Made by a program: the position numbers and the translations under genes | Virus record (IMG/VR): IMGVR_UViG_3300007754_000852 | Origin: a virus | Lineage: Duplodnaviria; Caudoviricetes | Length of the DNA stretch: 64,000 nt | Strand: one strand, 5' to 3' | Notes under the pieces: model-generated | Told to the model about the DNA's origin: nothing | What the model saw: the letters and a program-made list of their open reading frames with translations, nothing else | Databases searched by the model: none | Part shown: positions 1-11,874 of the stretch, piece after piece | Layout of the letters: each line of letters begins with the position of its first letter | Position numbering within the stretch: position 1 is the first letter of the stretch

Positions 1-360
1 ATAGATCACAGAAAATACTGTTAAAAGGTCTATCCTTGTAGACCCTAGTACGTCAGACACATCTTTAAATGTTGACGTACTATCTATAAGATACGTAGTT
101 GCTGCTGGAATCACAGCAGCTGCGACATCAAGAACATCCTGTGACACGTCAACAAGGTGAACATCCCTTCCATCACTTATCATCTCAGACGTCCAGCACG
201 ATCCAGGTCCCCAGTCTAAGACTGATGTGATATCGCTCATGTCAATCATCTCAATACATCTTGAAAATGATCTTTGAACATGGTGCTTTTTCTTTCTTAC
301 CGCATCTCCAGGAGGCTTAATGTGCTTCCACCCTGGTGAGACGTCTTTCCACGTATCATT
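1..360 (-). CDS. Class I SAM-dependent methyltransferase, truncated by window edge; start uncertain
   Basis: Manual translation of a frame open from ~390 to 1: ...MIDMSDITSVLDWGPGSCWTSE...VHLVDVSQDVL (motif I LDWGPG, acidic motif II). First in-frame ATG is at 249. Not in the ORF track. Confidence 0.65.
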
Positions 361-638
361 TATTTTTTTGTGGATGTCTCTTTTTTTTTGTTATTATTTT
401 TTACCTTCACTGATTTTTTAGCAAGATTACTTATGACTTTTTTCGGTCTAAATAGATCAGGATTACCCAAACCAAATGATGATAGTAAGCTATCTACTGT
501 GTCATCATCCGGTGCACTGATGTCTTCTGCAAGAAGCACATCAATAAACTCCTCTCGTGTTCGAATGTTATTCTTTTTAAAAAACTCCTGAACGTTCACC
601 CTTCTTCTTCCTACAAAAAAATTCCAACTGATACCCAT
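360..638 (-). CDS. Hypothetical protein with Lys-rich tail
   Basis: 92-aa ORF, GGGAGAG RBS upstream, co-oriented with neighbours. Confidence 0.7.
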   Translation of the reverse strand: MGISWNFFVGRRRVNVQEFFKKNNIRTREEFIDVLLAEDISAPDDDTVDSLLSSFGLGNPDLFRPKKVISNLAKKSVKVKNNNKKKETSTKK

Positions 639-677
639 AACAGACTTTCTCTCCCTATAACATTAACTATTCAAAGC

Positions 678-959
678 CTAGTCTAACAGCTTTAACATGT
701 CAAGAATTCCAGACTGGAACCTGGGATCAGATGAGATTCTCTTTACATTTTCATCTGTTAGTTTGATGTCATATAGCCTACAAGTATTCTCAACAAACTT
801 TGTCATCGCAGATAGAAAGATGTTTCTAGCCGTAGAGTGATTCATTTTGTGACCCATTGATGTCATCATCTCAGCGATCTCTCTATATCCTAGACCATCA
901 TCTTGAGATCTAACAGTTGCATATCCATGATCAGTTTTATAACCTTTTGGCATTGACAT
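678..959 (-). CDS. Small HTH protein resembling sigma region 4.2
   Basis: ATG at 959 preceded by GGAGG; LGYREIAEMM...MNHSTARNIFLSAMTKF is HTH-like. The ORF-track start at 1043 overlaps the sigma gene and is unlikely. Confidence 0.65.
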   Translation of the reverse strand: MSMPKGYKTDHGYATVRSQDDGLGYREIAEMMTSMGHKMNHSTARNIFLSAMTKFVENTCRLYDIKLTDENVKRISSDPRFQSGILDMLKLLD

Positions 960-963
960 ATCT

Positions 964-1725
964 TTATCCCTCCACAATCTTGGCCACAGCGGCTTCATCG
1001 ATATCAAATTCATCTGTACTGTTAAAATTATCAGATATTCCAAATCTAAGTCTTAGAATTTGCTCTTCTCTCTGCGAGAGTCTTGACAGACATGATTTGA
1101 TCATGATTAAAACCTTTTCCTTGTCTAGAATACTATCAACATCTACATTATCATTATCAGCGATGACCTCAATAATTGACCTTCCGCCTTCATCATTTCC
1201 CATTGTGCTATCAATTGAAATCATATTTTGAAACTTTATAGACTCAAGGCTTGCCTTGACCATATTCTCTGTAACACCGAGAAGTTCAGATATCTCAGCA
1301 ATGCTAGGCTTCTGTCCAAGATCGCTCTCATATTCCTTCATGATCATTCTGACCTTATAGGCCAAAGATGCTGTGTGTGCTGGAACCTTAACTGTGTTTC
1401 TATTTGTGCTGATGTGTCGACAAACAGACTGCTTTATCCACCAGCATGCATATGTGCTAAACTTGAAGCCCCTTCTCCAGTCAAACTTTTCAACAGCTTT
1501 CATTAGGCCGATATTTGACTCTTGGATGAGGTCTTCCATATCACATCCGCTTTTATAATATTTTTTTGCTATACTAATTGCAAGACGAAGATTAGATTCA
1601 ATCATAATGCTTCTGGCTTCTGCGTCTCCTTTTTCAATTCGCTTAGAGAGAATTACCTCCTCCTCTCTTGTTAGAAGGCTTGTTTTTGAAACATCTTTAA
1701 AGTATGAATCAAGTGATTGCGACAT
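964..1725 (-). CDS. RNA polymerase sigma-70 family factor (RpoD/RpoS-like), C-terminally truncated
   Basis: Region 1.2 LDSYFKDV/LLTREEE; region 2 ESNLRLAISIAKKY, DLIQESNIGLMKAVEKFDWRRGFKFSTYACWWIKQ; region 4.1 LSQREEQILRLRFG; no 4.2 HTH. Confidence 0.9.
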   Translation of the reverse strand: MSQSLDSYFKDVSKTSLLTREEEVILSKRIEKGDAEARSIMIESNLRLAISIAKKYYKSGCDMEDLIQESNIGLMKAVEKFDWRRGFKFSTYACWWIKQSVCRHISTNRNTVKVPAHTASLAYKVRMIMKEYESDLGQKPSIAEISELLGVTENMVKASLESIKFQNMISIDSTMGNDEGGRSIIEVIADNDNVDVDSILDKEKVLIMIKSCLSRLSQREEQILRLRFGISDNFNSTDEFDIDEAAVAKIVEG

Positions 1726-1834
1726 TATAAACTCCGATTCTTAGATCATTTAATCGCTGATTGTGAAAAGTTACACGAAAATACGTGTTCCTAATGATTA
1801 ATATAGACACCCATCTAGAATAGAAAAGGGGTAT

Positions 1835-2068
1835 TTAGAAAGATGTATTTCGACGCCTGTTTTCTAGTGATGCTGTGTAGTTTATGTGAGCAATCTTTCT
1901 GGCACGTCTCACCTCTAGCTCTCTGTGAACATAGCATAGTTCAGTCTCTAGAAACTCTCTACTGCCTCTGTCTCTTGTTCTTTCAATTCGACGTGTCAGA
2001 TTATTGAAGATCCTGTTAAGCTCATGCTCATCCATCTTCAGAAGCTCATCATAGTCTAGTCTTCTCAT
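1835..2068 (-). CDS. Hypothetical protein
   Basis: ATG at 2068 with AGGAGG RBS; helical basic 77-aa product. Confidence 0.7.
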   Translation of the reverse strand: MRRLDYDELLKMDEHELNRIFNNLTRRIERTRDRGSREFLETELCYVHRELEVRRARKIAHINYTASLENRRRNTSF

Positions 2069-2095
2069 GCTACCTCCTTTTAACGGTGCATGTTT

Positions 2096-2124
2096 ATTAT
2101 ACCAAAGCAAAGCTAAGTTTACAT
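2096..2124 (-). promoter_or_regulatory. Sigma70-type promoter
   Basis: ATGTAA-N17-TATAAT with extended -10 (TGG) upstream of the ORF starting at 2068. Confidence 0.55.
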
Positions 2125-2128
2125 GAAA

Positions 2129-2362
2129 CTAAGAAACATTTACAAACGTTCCAAACCTATCCTTTATTAGCAGGTGTAACTGTGATTTTGGAATTCGTGT
2201 CCTGACGGAGACAGCATACTTTTTTACACCCTTGTTGCCTATCTCTCTAATTTCACCCATTGAAACTAAGGCCTTATTTAGCTTTGCCCACCTTATCGCT
2301 AACTGCAAGTCTGTTACATATGTTGCAATAATTATAGATTTTTTTGAATTGGGTCTTTTCAC
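2129..2362 (-). CDS. Hypothetical protein
   Basis: 77-aa ORF abutting the upstream stop. Confidence 0.6.
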   Translation of the reverse strand: MKRPNSKKSIIIATYVTDLQLAIRWAKLNKALVSMGEIREIGNKGVKKYAVSVRTRIPKSQLHLLIKDRFGTFVNVS

Positions 2363-2746
2363 TTAGATCACAATCGGCTTTCCATTATATAAGACCTTCT
2401 TATTGTTTAGCGTCAAAACTGTTACAATCTTAACGCCAGGCAGGCCCTTTATTAACTTTCCTATAGATTTTAGATTTTTTAAATCGCTTCCCGCTCTCGG
2501 TAAAAATTTAACGTACACCTCAAGAATCGTATTTTTATCTCCTGCTCTCTGAACAGGTTCCTTTTGTCCAACAACAGCAACCGTTGGTAGAACCCTGATT
2601 CTTGTAAGTGTGTCAGGAACGTGAGCGTCACTAACCATTGTCAGTCGACAAGTTATGTTCACAAGATCAGACTTTAATCTAAGACCAGCAGACTGCTCGC
2701 TTAAAATCATCTTAACAATGCTTTTTAATAGATGGTTTTCTGACAT
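2363..2746 (-). CDS. Hypothetical protein with N-terminal LLKSIVKMILSE motif
   Basis: 127-aa ORF; ATACCTAT box at 2774-2781 upstream. Confidence 0.7.
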   Translation of the reverse strand: MSENHLLKSIVKMILSEQSAGLRLKSDLVNITCRLTMVSDAHVPDTLTRIRVLPTVAVVGQKEPVQRAGDKNTILEVYVKFLPRAGSDLKNLKSIGKLIKGLPGVKIVTVLTLNNKKVLYNGKPIVI

Positions 2747-2803
2747 GTCTAGGCGTTTTTCACTTCCACATAGATAGGTATGTCGACCAAATTGAAATAA
2801 AGA

Positions 2804-4715
<1,912 letters not shown>

Positions 4716-4719
<4 letters not shown>

Positions 4720-5123
4720 GTAAGACCTTCGATATTAAAACTCGCCTTCGTTCCGTCTCCTAGATCTACAGATATTTTTTCAGAGTATTCATCACTGCCC
4801 GGAGTCTGTGATAAATCGACATCAGGTGCATCATCACCAAATATATTCTTTTTCATCTCGTTTGCCGATAGCACCATACTATTTACTGTCTCTAGCGCAT
4901 CACTTATCAGCTTTTCCTTTAGCTCATCGAGAGATGTAAACACATCGACATCAAGATTGTCAAGAGAAACACAGCTCATTTTTTTATCAGGCAGCTTCAC
5001 GACATACGACACCTCCTCAGATTCAAGAGTTCTTCTTGACACCTGCTCAGTGATCAATGATGGAAAAATACGAGAATTATTCCTTGACAGTAAATACACT
5101 ATCTGACCAACACTATAGCCCAT
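4716..5123 (-). CDS. Hypothetical protein
   Basis: 135-aa ORF, GGGAGAGG RBS, ATGA overlap with the next gene. Confidence 0.7.
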
Positions 5124-5172
5124 AACCTCTCCCGTTGAAGGAAATATACATCATAAATCATCAATAATATAC

Positions 5173-5207
5173 AAAAACAGCCCACCTTTTTAAAGGCAGG
5201 CTGTTTT
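5173..5207 (-). terminator. Intrinsic terminator-like hairpin
   Basis: AAAACAGCC...GGCTGTTTT inverted repeat with inner CCTTT/AAAGG, downstream of the 5231..5674 gene. Confidence 0.6.
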
Positions 5208-5230
5208 ATCTGGAGGTATACTAACGAATC

Positions 5231-5674
5231 TTACTTAAATCCAATTCCAGGAAATGCGAGATTTATCAATCCCTTTCTGCTGTTGGAGGGCTGATTTTCA
5301 CCATACAGCCACTTACTATCACTTTCAAGCATTCCAAGATCTTCAAGAACAGTTCTTATCTCTCCTCGAACTGCCTCGCGAAGTCGTGACTCTTCAAGAT
5401 TTTGTCTTCTCATGCTTAAAACGGCCTCTCTTAGTTCATTCTCATCAACCTCAAGAACCTCATCTTCATCAATAGATTCACCTTCTTCTAAATCACCCTC
5501 TTCATCAGATTGTAACTCATTTAATTGTTCAGCCTGATCTGGGTCATCGACACCAGGGTCATCATGTCTGCTTCTATTCTGCGCTTCTGTTAGCATCTCA
5601 GACTCAGAAGATGGTAATCCTGCTAACTTAGAAAGCCTATTTACGTCAAAGTTCATATTAAATTTCTCCAGCAT
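5231..5674 (-). CDS. Acidic hypothetical protein, possible head/scaffold-associated (likely start 5656)
   Basis: RLSKLAGL, LEESRLREAVRGEIRTVLE; GGAG RBS before ATG 5656. Confidence 0.65.
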   Translation of the reverse strand: MLEKFNMNFDVNRLSKLAGLPSSESEMLTEAQNRSRHDDPGVDDPDQAEQLNELQSDEEGDLEEGESIDEDEVLEVDENELREAVLSMRRQNLEESRLREAVRGEIRTVLEDLGMLESDSKWLYGENQPSNSRKGLINLAFPGIGFK

Positions 5675-5716
5675 AGATTAAATATGACCCATTAAAAAAA
5701 ACATCCCTCACTATTG

Positions 5717-6067
5717 TCATGTTTCAAGATTATTTTTAACATTACTTGATATCGCTTGGCCTTTTTTAACAGCTGCGGCCAGGGGGTCTAGGCCGAGAGA
5801 AACTCTCACAACATCGTATGTATCTCGATCAAGCCTCTCCTTAAGAACAGCCATATCAGCATATTGGTGAAGATCCCACTGTGAAACAGGTACGTCTTCT
5901 CCATCTAGACCTGGCTCAAACTCTCCTGTCTCTCTTGATTCAAAAATGTACAAGAAGGTCGGCATGTCTTCATCTTCAGGAACCATTACAAACGGAATGC
6001 TTGAAGATGATCCGTCAGTATTTTCCTCATATAGTATCTCTGGAACCCAATTAGATGTATTGCTCAT
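5717..6067 (-). CDS. Hypothetical acidic protein
   Basis: 116-aa ORF with AGGAGA RBS. Confidence 0.75.
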   Translation of the reverse strand: MSNTSNWVPEILYEENTDGSSSSIPFVMVPEDEDMPTFLYIFESRETGEFEPGLDGEDVPVSQWDLHQYADMAVLKERLDRDTYDVVRVSLGLDPLAAAVKKGQAISSNVKNNLET

Positions 6068-6122
6068 TTAATCTCCTAATAGAATAAGTGAATTATTTCA
6101 CACACACCCTGAAACGTTTATG

Positions 6123-6887
6123 CTAAATGCTACCTTCTAATCCCAGTGTAACCCTGGCATCATTAAAAATCCCTTTAATAGCTGCAGCCTCACCGGGAAA
6201 ATCCTCTGTCATATCTAGGAACGAAGACTCCCAAGACGCAATCAGAAGGGTAGAAATTGCAGGAATCACATTTGTAACAATAATATGTCGAAGAGAATCG
6301 ATCTGGTCGACATCTAGCTTTGATAAAATTTCTCCAATTATTCTTTCAGCATCTGATTCAGACTTCGCCATCTCGTTGAGTTCATTAACTATCTCGCTCA
6401 CAGTTCCGTCGGAGATGCGTGACAGCATAGATGTTATCTGTTCAACATCCTGACTAAGAGCAGGAATAAATCTTCCAAGATTCCCTTCCTCTATTGTTTC
6501 AATATCATCACCAATTTTACCTCCGAGCACCTCACTAACTCTTGGAAAGTGATCACCGAATAGCGAGCCAGACTTCTGAAAGATGTCATTAAACATATCA
6601 ATAAGACTTTTTGTAATAAAGTCATCTTCAAGACCGATTGTATTCTTGATCTTTTCATACGTCTCTGGTCCATAGACGCCTAAGAGACCTATGATTCCTC
6701 CAGCTCTGCTAATAATTGAGCTCGGTATGAATCGTCCAAGGCCGCTGGTTTGGACCTCTCCAAACATCTCAAAAAAGCTATCATTTCTATTTGTCTGTCG
6801 TTGGGCTCCGAGAGTGAAGCCTATATCACCCATTATTTCACTTATTACCCTAGAAAGTCTCACATTGTCATATTTTTCTGATGTCAC
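6123..6887 (-). CDS. Hypothetical helical protein
   Basis: 254-aa ORF, GGGAG RBS. Confidence 0.7.
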   Translation of the reverse strand: MTSEKYDNVRLSRVISEIMGDIGFTLGAQRQTNRNDSFFEMFGEVQTSGLGRFIPSSIISRAGGIIGLLGVYGPETYEKIKNTIGLEDDFITKSLIDMFNDIFQKSGSLFGDHFPRVSEVLGGKIGDDIETIEEGNLGRFIPALSQDVEQITSMLSRISDGTVSEIVNELNEMAKSESDAERIIGEILSKLDVDQIDSLRHIIVTNVIPAISTLLIASWESSFLDMTEDFPGEAAAIKGIFNDARVTLGLEGSI

Positions 6888-7146
6888 CGAATAACTCCCT
6901 TCTTTCTGCTAGTGTTCTTAGCTTTAGGTCAACCCCTGTTAGATCCTTATAATAACTAATCAGATATATCTCAAAGTCATTGAGCCACTGCTCCTTTGTC
7001 TTTTGATCCCTTCGTGAAAAATTCTTTCTTAAGTGAGATGGTATTCCAAGCATTATCTGTTTTTTTATCGTAACCCAGTCATCACAGTCACCGGCATAGC
7101 TTGCAACAAACTCGACCTGCTCTCTTATTCTATCATTAATTTGCAC
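6868..7146 (-). CDS. Hypothetical protein
   Basis: 92-aa ORF overlapping both neighbours. Confidence 0.6.
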   Translation of the reverse strand: MQINDRIREQVEFVASYAGDCDDWVTIKKQIMLGIPSHLRKNFSRRDQKTKEQWLNDFEIYLISYYKDLTGVDLKLRTLAERRELFGDIRKI

Positions 7147-10100
7147 TTACAGCCTTCTCGTACACAACATATCTTCCCTGCGTTGTTCTCTTAACAAATA
7201 GCCTCTCTTTAGGAGTAAACGAAAGCCTTCCCTTGTGATACCAGATAATTCCCTCAACATCCTTCAATGCTGTGTCTCTGGCGTCTTGAGACAAGACATC
7301 TAAAAATCTCTCAGCCGTCTCTATTACGTCGCCGGTATCATCCTTTATAGAGAATTGACTTACAACATCACGTGCAAATGACTTTAAGGCCACTGAACCG
7401 ATATCACTAAGGTCGCTGTGATAAAGGCCCAGGGACATCAATCTCTTGTAAAGCCTTCCGTCTAAAACCTTTTTTCCCTTTGCTGATCCTAGCTTTATTC
7501 CATTTGACTTTTTTGCTGCTTTAACCTCCCAGTTTAATCCGCCTATTGTAACATCAAATGGAGCTGTGCCGACTGAAACACTGGCATCGTTAAATAAAAA
7601 TGGAACAATCAATTCACCGGCACCTGTTTGACTTCCTCCTCTTCTTGTCGATCTATACTCAGCAAGAGGTAGAAGCTCCTCAGGAACTATAACTCTCTCG
7701 CCGGGTGTAGCTGAAAAGAGAGCGCTGTTTATATTGCCGCGGAGTTGTGACAGGATTTCCATTGTAACTGTTTGTAGACTTTTTGGTATGGAGTTTTTCA
7801 TCACATTTCTCACCCTTTCAGCATTTGTATCATCCAGCATTAGTAGAAACGATTCAAATCCAGACTCAGGCGTAAACTTATCAATCTTTAGATCGTCTCT
7901 AATATATTTTATAACAGAGAGCACCTCTAGGTCTGACATGTCAAATGCGTCATCTCCTAGTTTAATAATTGCTTCTTTGATGAGTGATCTCACCTTTGAC
8001 TCAGACAAAGCTGACGACATCGACTGATTGACATAACTAACAGCCCTTTCAGACTCCTCAGCCGGCAGGTATCCAGGAAGATATTCCTCAAATTCATCTA
8101 ACGCCTGCAACAGTATTTCATCATTAGACTTTGACATGTGATCGACTAGCTCTTCAAATGAGTCAATTTTAAACTTATCAATGCCGCTCAAGCCTATCAG
8201 CGGAAGATACTCATCTGGATCTCTGATCCTCTTAACCTCCTCACCGTTTATATTTTCTGTATATCCTCCTGGCCATCTTAATGTCACCTTTACGACATCG
8301 TCAGGCGTTGTTCTGCTTCTTCCCGTGATGTTTGCAAGAAGAGATAGCATCAGATTTCTATACACACCCTTTACCTTTCCCTTATGTCCGCCCCTTAACT
8401 CCCACCATGTATCACCAGCATGTTCAGGTCTCTCAGAGACAAGATCTATTTGAAATAGCTCATCTTGCAGAGGAGCACTACTGTCATCAGAATCAGGATC
8501 TCTAAGCATTACACTCACCATGCTTCCTCCGACAACAATGTTAGAAACCCCTGGCACCAGCTCTTTCTGCAGGAACGGTGAACTACGAAGCATTGCCTCT
8601 AGTGTTTCCTTTACAGGATCATCTTTCCTCTTTTTCTTTTTTCTCTGCTGCCTTAGCTCTTCTACATCGCTAGAATATTTGTCAATCATGTCATCTGTAA
8701 TGACTGCCAGCAAGTCTATATCACCCAAGATGTCTGCATCTGTTCCCGTGCTTCCAAGAAGGCTATTTCCAGACTCACTTTTCTCTATGTTGAGATCAAT
8801 TCCAAGAGGATCTAAGACGTTCTTTTTTAACGATGAGATAAGTCTGTTTGCCTGGTCCCTAGATATCTTTTCCTGTGATGTGACAACAACCTTTTTCTTC
8901 TTTCCGTCGGCATCAATTATCGATCTCTTGAAGGCCTTTCCTCCTTCAGACAAGATCTTTTTAAATATCTTTAAAGCTTCTGATAGCGCCTCTTCATCAG
9001 AGTCAGACATGTTTACATCTTCAGGTTCATCAATAAAAAGAACTTCACCCCTAGACGGATATCTAAACAGCGTTACAAGCCTATGGACCGGTGTAAACAT
9101 TCCTGTTAACTTAACAGATATATCTCTACCCTCTTTTCCTGGGAGCCTGAGGACGACACCCTCAACAGCCTTTTTAAACATAGACATCTGTTCAACTCGT
9201 GAAATCGACGTATCTAGCTTTGTTGCCCAGGCTGTGTCAACGATGTCGCTTATCTCACCACTTTCAACATTCCTTACATGTATGGTGCTAGACTGTAACG
9301 CACTTTGTATTCTATCAACCTCGCTTGCGAGATCAGCTGTAACACCGTCATTTGTCGCCAAGGTAAATTCTAGCGTCTCAAAGAAATAGTATCCTAATTT
9401 TTGAATAATTTTTTCAAGATCAACAATTGCAGCAACAACGTGTGCTGTTGCCATCTTATCAATTTTTTGAAATACCTTCCAGTGAACAGAATCCATTTCT
9501 CGACTTGAAATTCTTTTTTCTATAAACTTTTCAGAGCCTACGTGAAATTTATCTAAAAGTCGATGAACTGCCCTGGTTCGTATGTCATCAGGCATGCTAT
9601 CTAGCTCAGGAGCATAGTGACTTAGATAGTCTTTCATCACAAGCGTTGCATACTCACCTACTGTCTTGGGTGGGTGATCAAATCTTTTTAAAAGTGAATC
9701 AATTTCACCTTTGAGCTCATTTATCTGGCCTATTATCTCTGATGCGACCTGCTTTGTCTGCTCTAGTTTAGGAACTGTACCGACAGACCACGATCTGTCA
9801 GAATTATCCTGTATCTCAATATCATCATTCATAAAGAGGTCATTGTATATATCAACATCTATGTCGATATCTGGATATGGAGATGAAGGTCTTATAAATC
9901 TAAAGTGATTCTCAGTATAGGGAATCGTGTTGGGGTTTATTGGTGTGAGTATCTGACCCTCTACAACAACCTTACCATTTAAAAATAACTGTCTTACTTT
10001 GTTTATGTCTAGCTTTTTTACATATTCATCTAAGACATCATAGGCTGAGGCAAATGCATCTTTTGTCTTTTCTCCCCACGTCTGAATGTTTCTTATGTCA

Positions 10101-11233
10101 TCTCTTCCCTTTCCGCCTTTTTCAAGAGTAGAAACTCTTGGACCTTTTCCGTACTGTCGTATTTCGCCATCGTCTAAAACTGTAAATGTGAAATTTTGAC
10201 CATCCATCTTTTCCTCGATGTGATCAATTCTTCCGCTAAGAACATCCTCTATTAGCTGTTTCAGATTATCAAACGTAAGATTCATATCTTCAGTTAGGCC
10301 CGGGATGTGACCTTCTGGTCTCGATGTTGCCTCTCTAATCGATTTCATCGCAGTAAATCTAGATGCTGCCCTTAGAATCGTTGAGCTGCTTATAGCTGAT
10401 GATAAACGTGACTCACTGACATTTTCATCACTGATAATTATCTTGACAATCTCGTCTTTTTCAGCATCGCTTAAAACACCCGGAAGATATCTCTTAAATG
10501 ACTCGATGTCACCAGAGCCAATGAACCCTCGAACGTCAGTTCCCCTAACATTGATCATCTCCTCAGATGCGTCTGGATGATAATCTTTCAATAGGTTTAC
10601 GAGGTCCGATACATTAGACATGCCTGATTTAAATGATATCTTTCCTTTGTCAATTAGCTCATACACCTTTTCTCCGATGACTGCGTCACCTCTTTCAGCC
10701 CTTTTTTTCATTCCTAACAAAAAGGCATATGAGTTTATCTCATCGTCTCCTGCATACACGGTTATGCTATCTACTGCAGATAGATCTATGTCACCCTCAG
10801 GACTGCTATGTTTTGTCGTGAGATTTCCAACTGCAAGCGCCGGGTTTCTTGACTGTCCTGCCTCGTCTTTAGCTCTCTTTCTTTCTTCATCTGTTAGATG
10901 GGCGTATGCGAACCTGTCAAGAATATTGTGAATATTATTGATTGGAGACGTGTGCTTTGCAGAAATCACATCAAGCTTGTCAGGATATCTATCCTGTAAT
11001 GCTTTTTCATACACAGCAAATACAGCGTCCTGGAGAGGTTCAGTATATAGCCTGCCTGTATCTCCAAATGTTCTAAACTTTGTTTTTAAAGGCTTTCCTT
11101 TTTTATTTAGCTTTTGCTTTTGAATCCCAAAAAAAGAAAGAACCTTATCATTCTCACCTAAAGCAAGAAGCAATTTTGAAAAGTGACCCGTGTGAAACGG
11201 TTTAAATCCACCACCATAGAGACCTAATTTCAT
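7136..11233 (-). CDS. 1365-aa multidomain protein: HxGH nucleotidylyltransferase-like + KxDG ligase-like + Pol-beta-type nucleotidyltransferase + PD-(D/E)xK nuclease-like
   Basis: GGGFKPFHTGH; EEKMDGQNFTF; LLGSTG...GDIDLL...FQIDLV; GAGE...FDVTIGGLNWEVK. Confidence 0.65.
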   Translation of the reverse strand: MKLGLYGGGFKPFHTGHFSKLLLALGENDKVLSFFGIQKQKLNKKGKPLKTKFRTFGDTGRLYTEPLQDAVFAVYEKALQDRYPDKLDVISAKHTSPINNIHNILDRFAYAHLTDEERKRAKDEAGQSRNPALAVGNLTTKHSSPEGDIDLSAVDSITVYAGDDEINSYAFLLGMKKRAERGDAVIGEKVYELIDKGKISFKSGMSNVSDLVNLLKDYHPDASEEMINVRGTDVRGFIGSGDIESFKRYLPGVLSDAEKDEIVKIIISDENVSESRLSSAISSSTILRAASRFTAMKSIREATSRPEGHIPGLTEDMNLTFDNLKQLIEDVLSGRIDHIEEKMDGQNFTFTVLDDGEIRQYGKGPRVSTLEKGGKGRDDIRNIQTWGEKTKDAFASAYDVLDEYVKKLDINKVRQLFLNGKVVVEGQILTPINPNTIPYTENHFRFIRPSSPYPDIDIDVDIYNDLFMNDDIEIQDNSDRSWSVGTVPKLEQTKQVASEIIGQINELKGEIDSLLKRFDHPPKTVGEYATLVMKDYLSHYAPELDSMPDDIRTRAVHRLLDKFHVGSEKFIEKRISSREMDSVHWKVFQKIDKMATAHVVAAIVDLEKIIQKLGYYFFETLEFTLATNDGVTADLASEVDRIQSALQSSTIHVRNVESGEISDIVDTAWATKLDTSISRVEQMSMFKKAVEGVVLRLPGKEGRDISVKLTGMFTPVHRLVTLFRYPSRGEVLFIDEPEDVNMSDSDEEALSEALKIFKKILSEGGKAFKRSIIDADGKKKKVVVTSQEKISRDQANRLISSLKKNVLDPLGIDLNIEKSESGNSLLGSTGTDADILGDIDLLAVITDDMIDKYSSDVEELRQQRKKKKRKDDPVKETLEAMLRSSPFLQKELVPGVSNIVVGGSMVSVMLRDPDSDDSSAPLQDELFQIDLVSERPEHAGDTWWELRGGHKGKVKGVYRNLMLSLLANITGRSRTTPDDVVKVTLRWPGGYTENINGEEVKRIRDPDEYLPLIGLSGIDKFKIDSFEELVDHMSKSNDEILLQALDEFEEYLPGYLPAEESERAVSYVNQSMSSALSESKVRSLIKEAIIKLGDDAFDMSDLEVLSVIKYIRDDLKIDKFTPESGFESFLLMLDDTNAERVRNVMKNSIPKSLQTVTMEILSQLRGNINSALFSATPGERVIVPEELLPLAEYRSTRRGGSQTGAGELIVPFLFNDASVSVGTAPFDVTIGGLNWEVKAAKKSNGIKLGSAKGKKVLDGRLYKRLMSLGLYHSDLSDIGSVALKSFARDVVSQFSIKDDTGDVIETAERFLDVLSQDARDTALKDVEGIIWYHKGRLSFTPKERLFVKRTTQGRYVVYEKAVSAN

Positions 11234-11874
11234 TTATTCCTTCCGTCCTGTGATCTGTTTATCGTTGAATAAATATGTTCAATGACACCTGAAAAATCAT
11301 GAACATGCACAGCGATGTGAGACCTAATCATATTTCCGCTTACATGACTATCACACCACACATTGTCATCTCCACACTTTTTAACATTTAGCATCGCTAT
11401 TTCATCAATTGAAACAGGTGTATAGTTCCATAAGTCTGAGCAGACATTCACCCTGCCACCTCGAACCCTTTCTCCCTTGTGGATGTGTCCGTGAATTAAT
11501 ACGTCAAATCTTTCAAAGAGAGGCTCAGGAAGGGGGTGATGCTGGACCAGGGCATTTTTTCCACACGGCATATCATATTCTATAGATCGATGATATTCAT
11601 CAAACCCTGCTTCGATCATTCTTCTTTTAGACTGATCATGGTTTCCTTTTATAAGGATCTTATATCCATTTAATCTGTCTATTATACCTTTTGGATCGTC
11701 ACACCCTCTAAGAAATGCATCTCCTACAAGAAAAACCCTATCATCGTCTGTTATAACACTGTTCCAGTTGTCAATTAACGAATCATTCATCTGATTAACG
11801 CTGTCGTATGGACGATCACAGTACTTTATGATATTCCTATGGCTAAAGTGCGTGTCTGCTGTAAAGAAATCCAC
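11230..11874 (-). CDS. Calcineurin-like metallophosphoesterase
   Basis: ADTHFSH, LVGDAF, IKGNHD, QHHP, IHGHIH. Confidence 0.9.
   Translation of the reverse strand: MDFFTADTHFSHRNIIKYCDRPYDSVNQMNDSLIDNWNSVITDDDRVFLVGDAFLRGCDDPKGIIDRLNGYKILIKGNHDQSKRRMIEAGFDEYHRSIEYDMPCGKNALVQHHPLPEPLFERFDVLIHGHIHKGERVRGGRVNVCSDLWNYTPVSIDEIAMLNVKKCGDDNVWCDSHVSGNMIRSHIAVHVHDFSGVIEHIYSTINRSQDGRNK

Noticed and set aside
8520-9389. 289-aa plus-strand ORF, and other plus-strand ORFs such as 3273..3680, 4690..5106, 11839..12333, 43349..43939, 45134..45655 and 62235..62843
   Set aside because: They lie antisense to well-supported genes, have no recognisable motifs and show the Ser/Val/Pro-rich composition typical of shadow frames.
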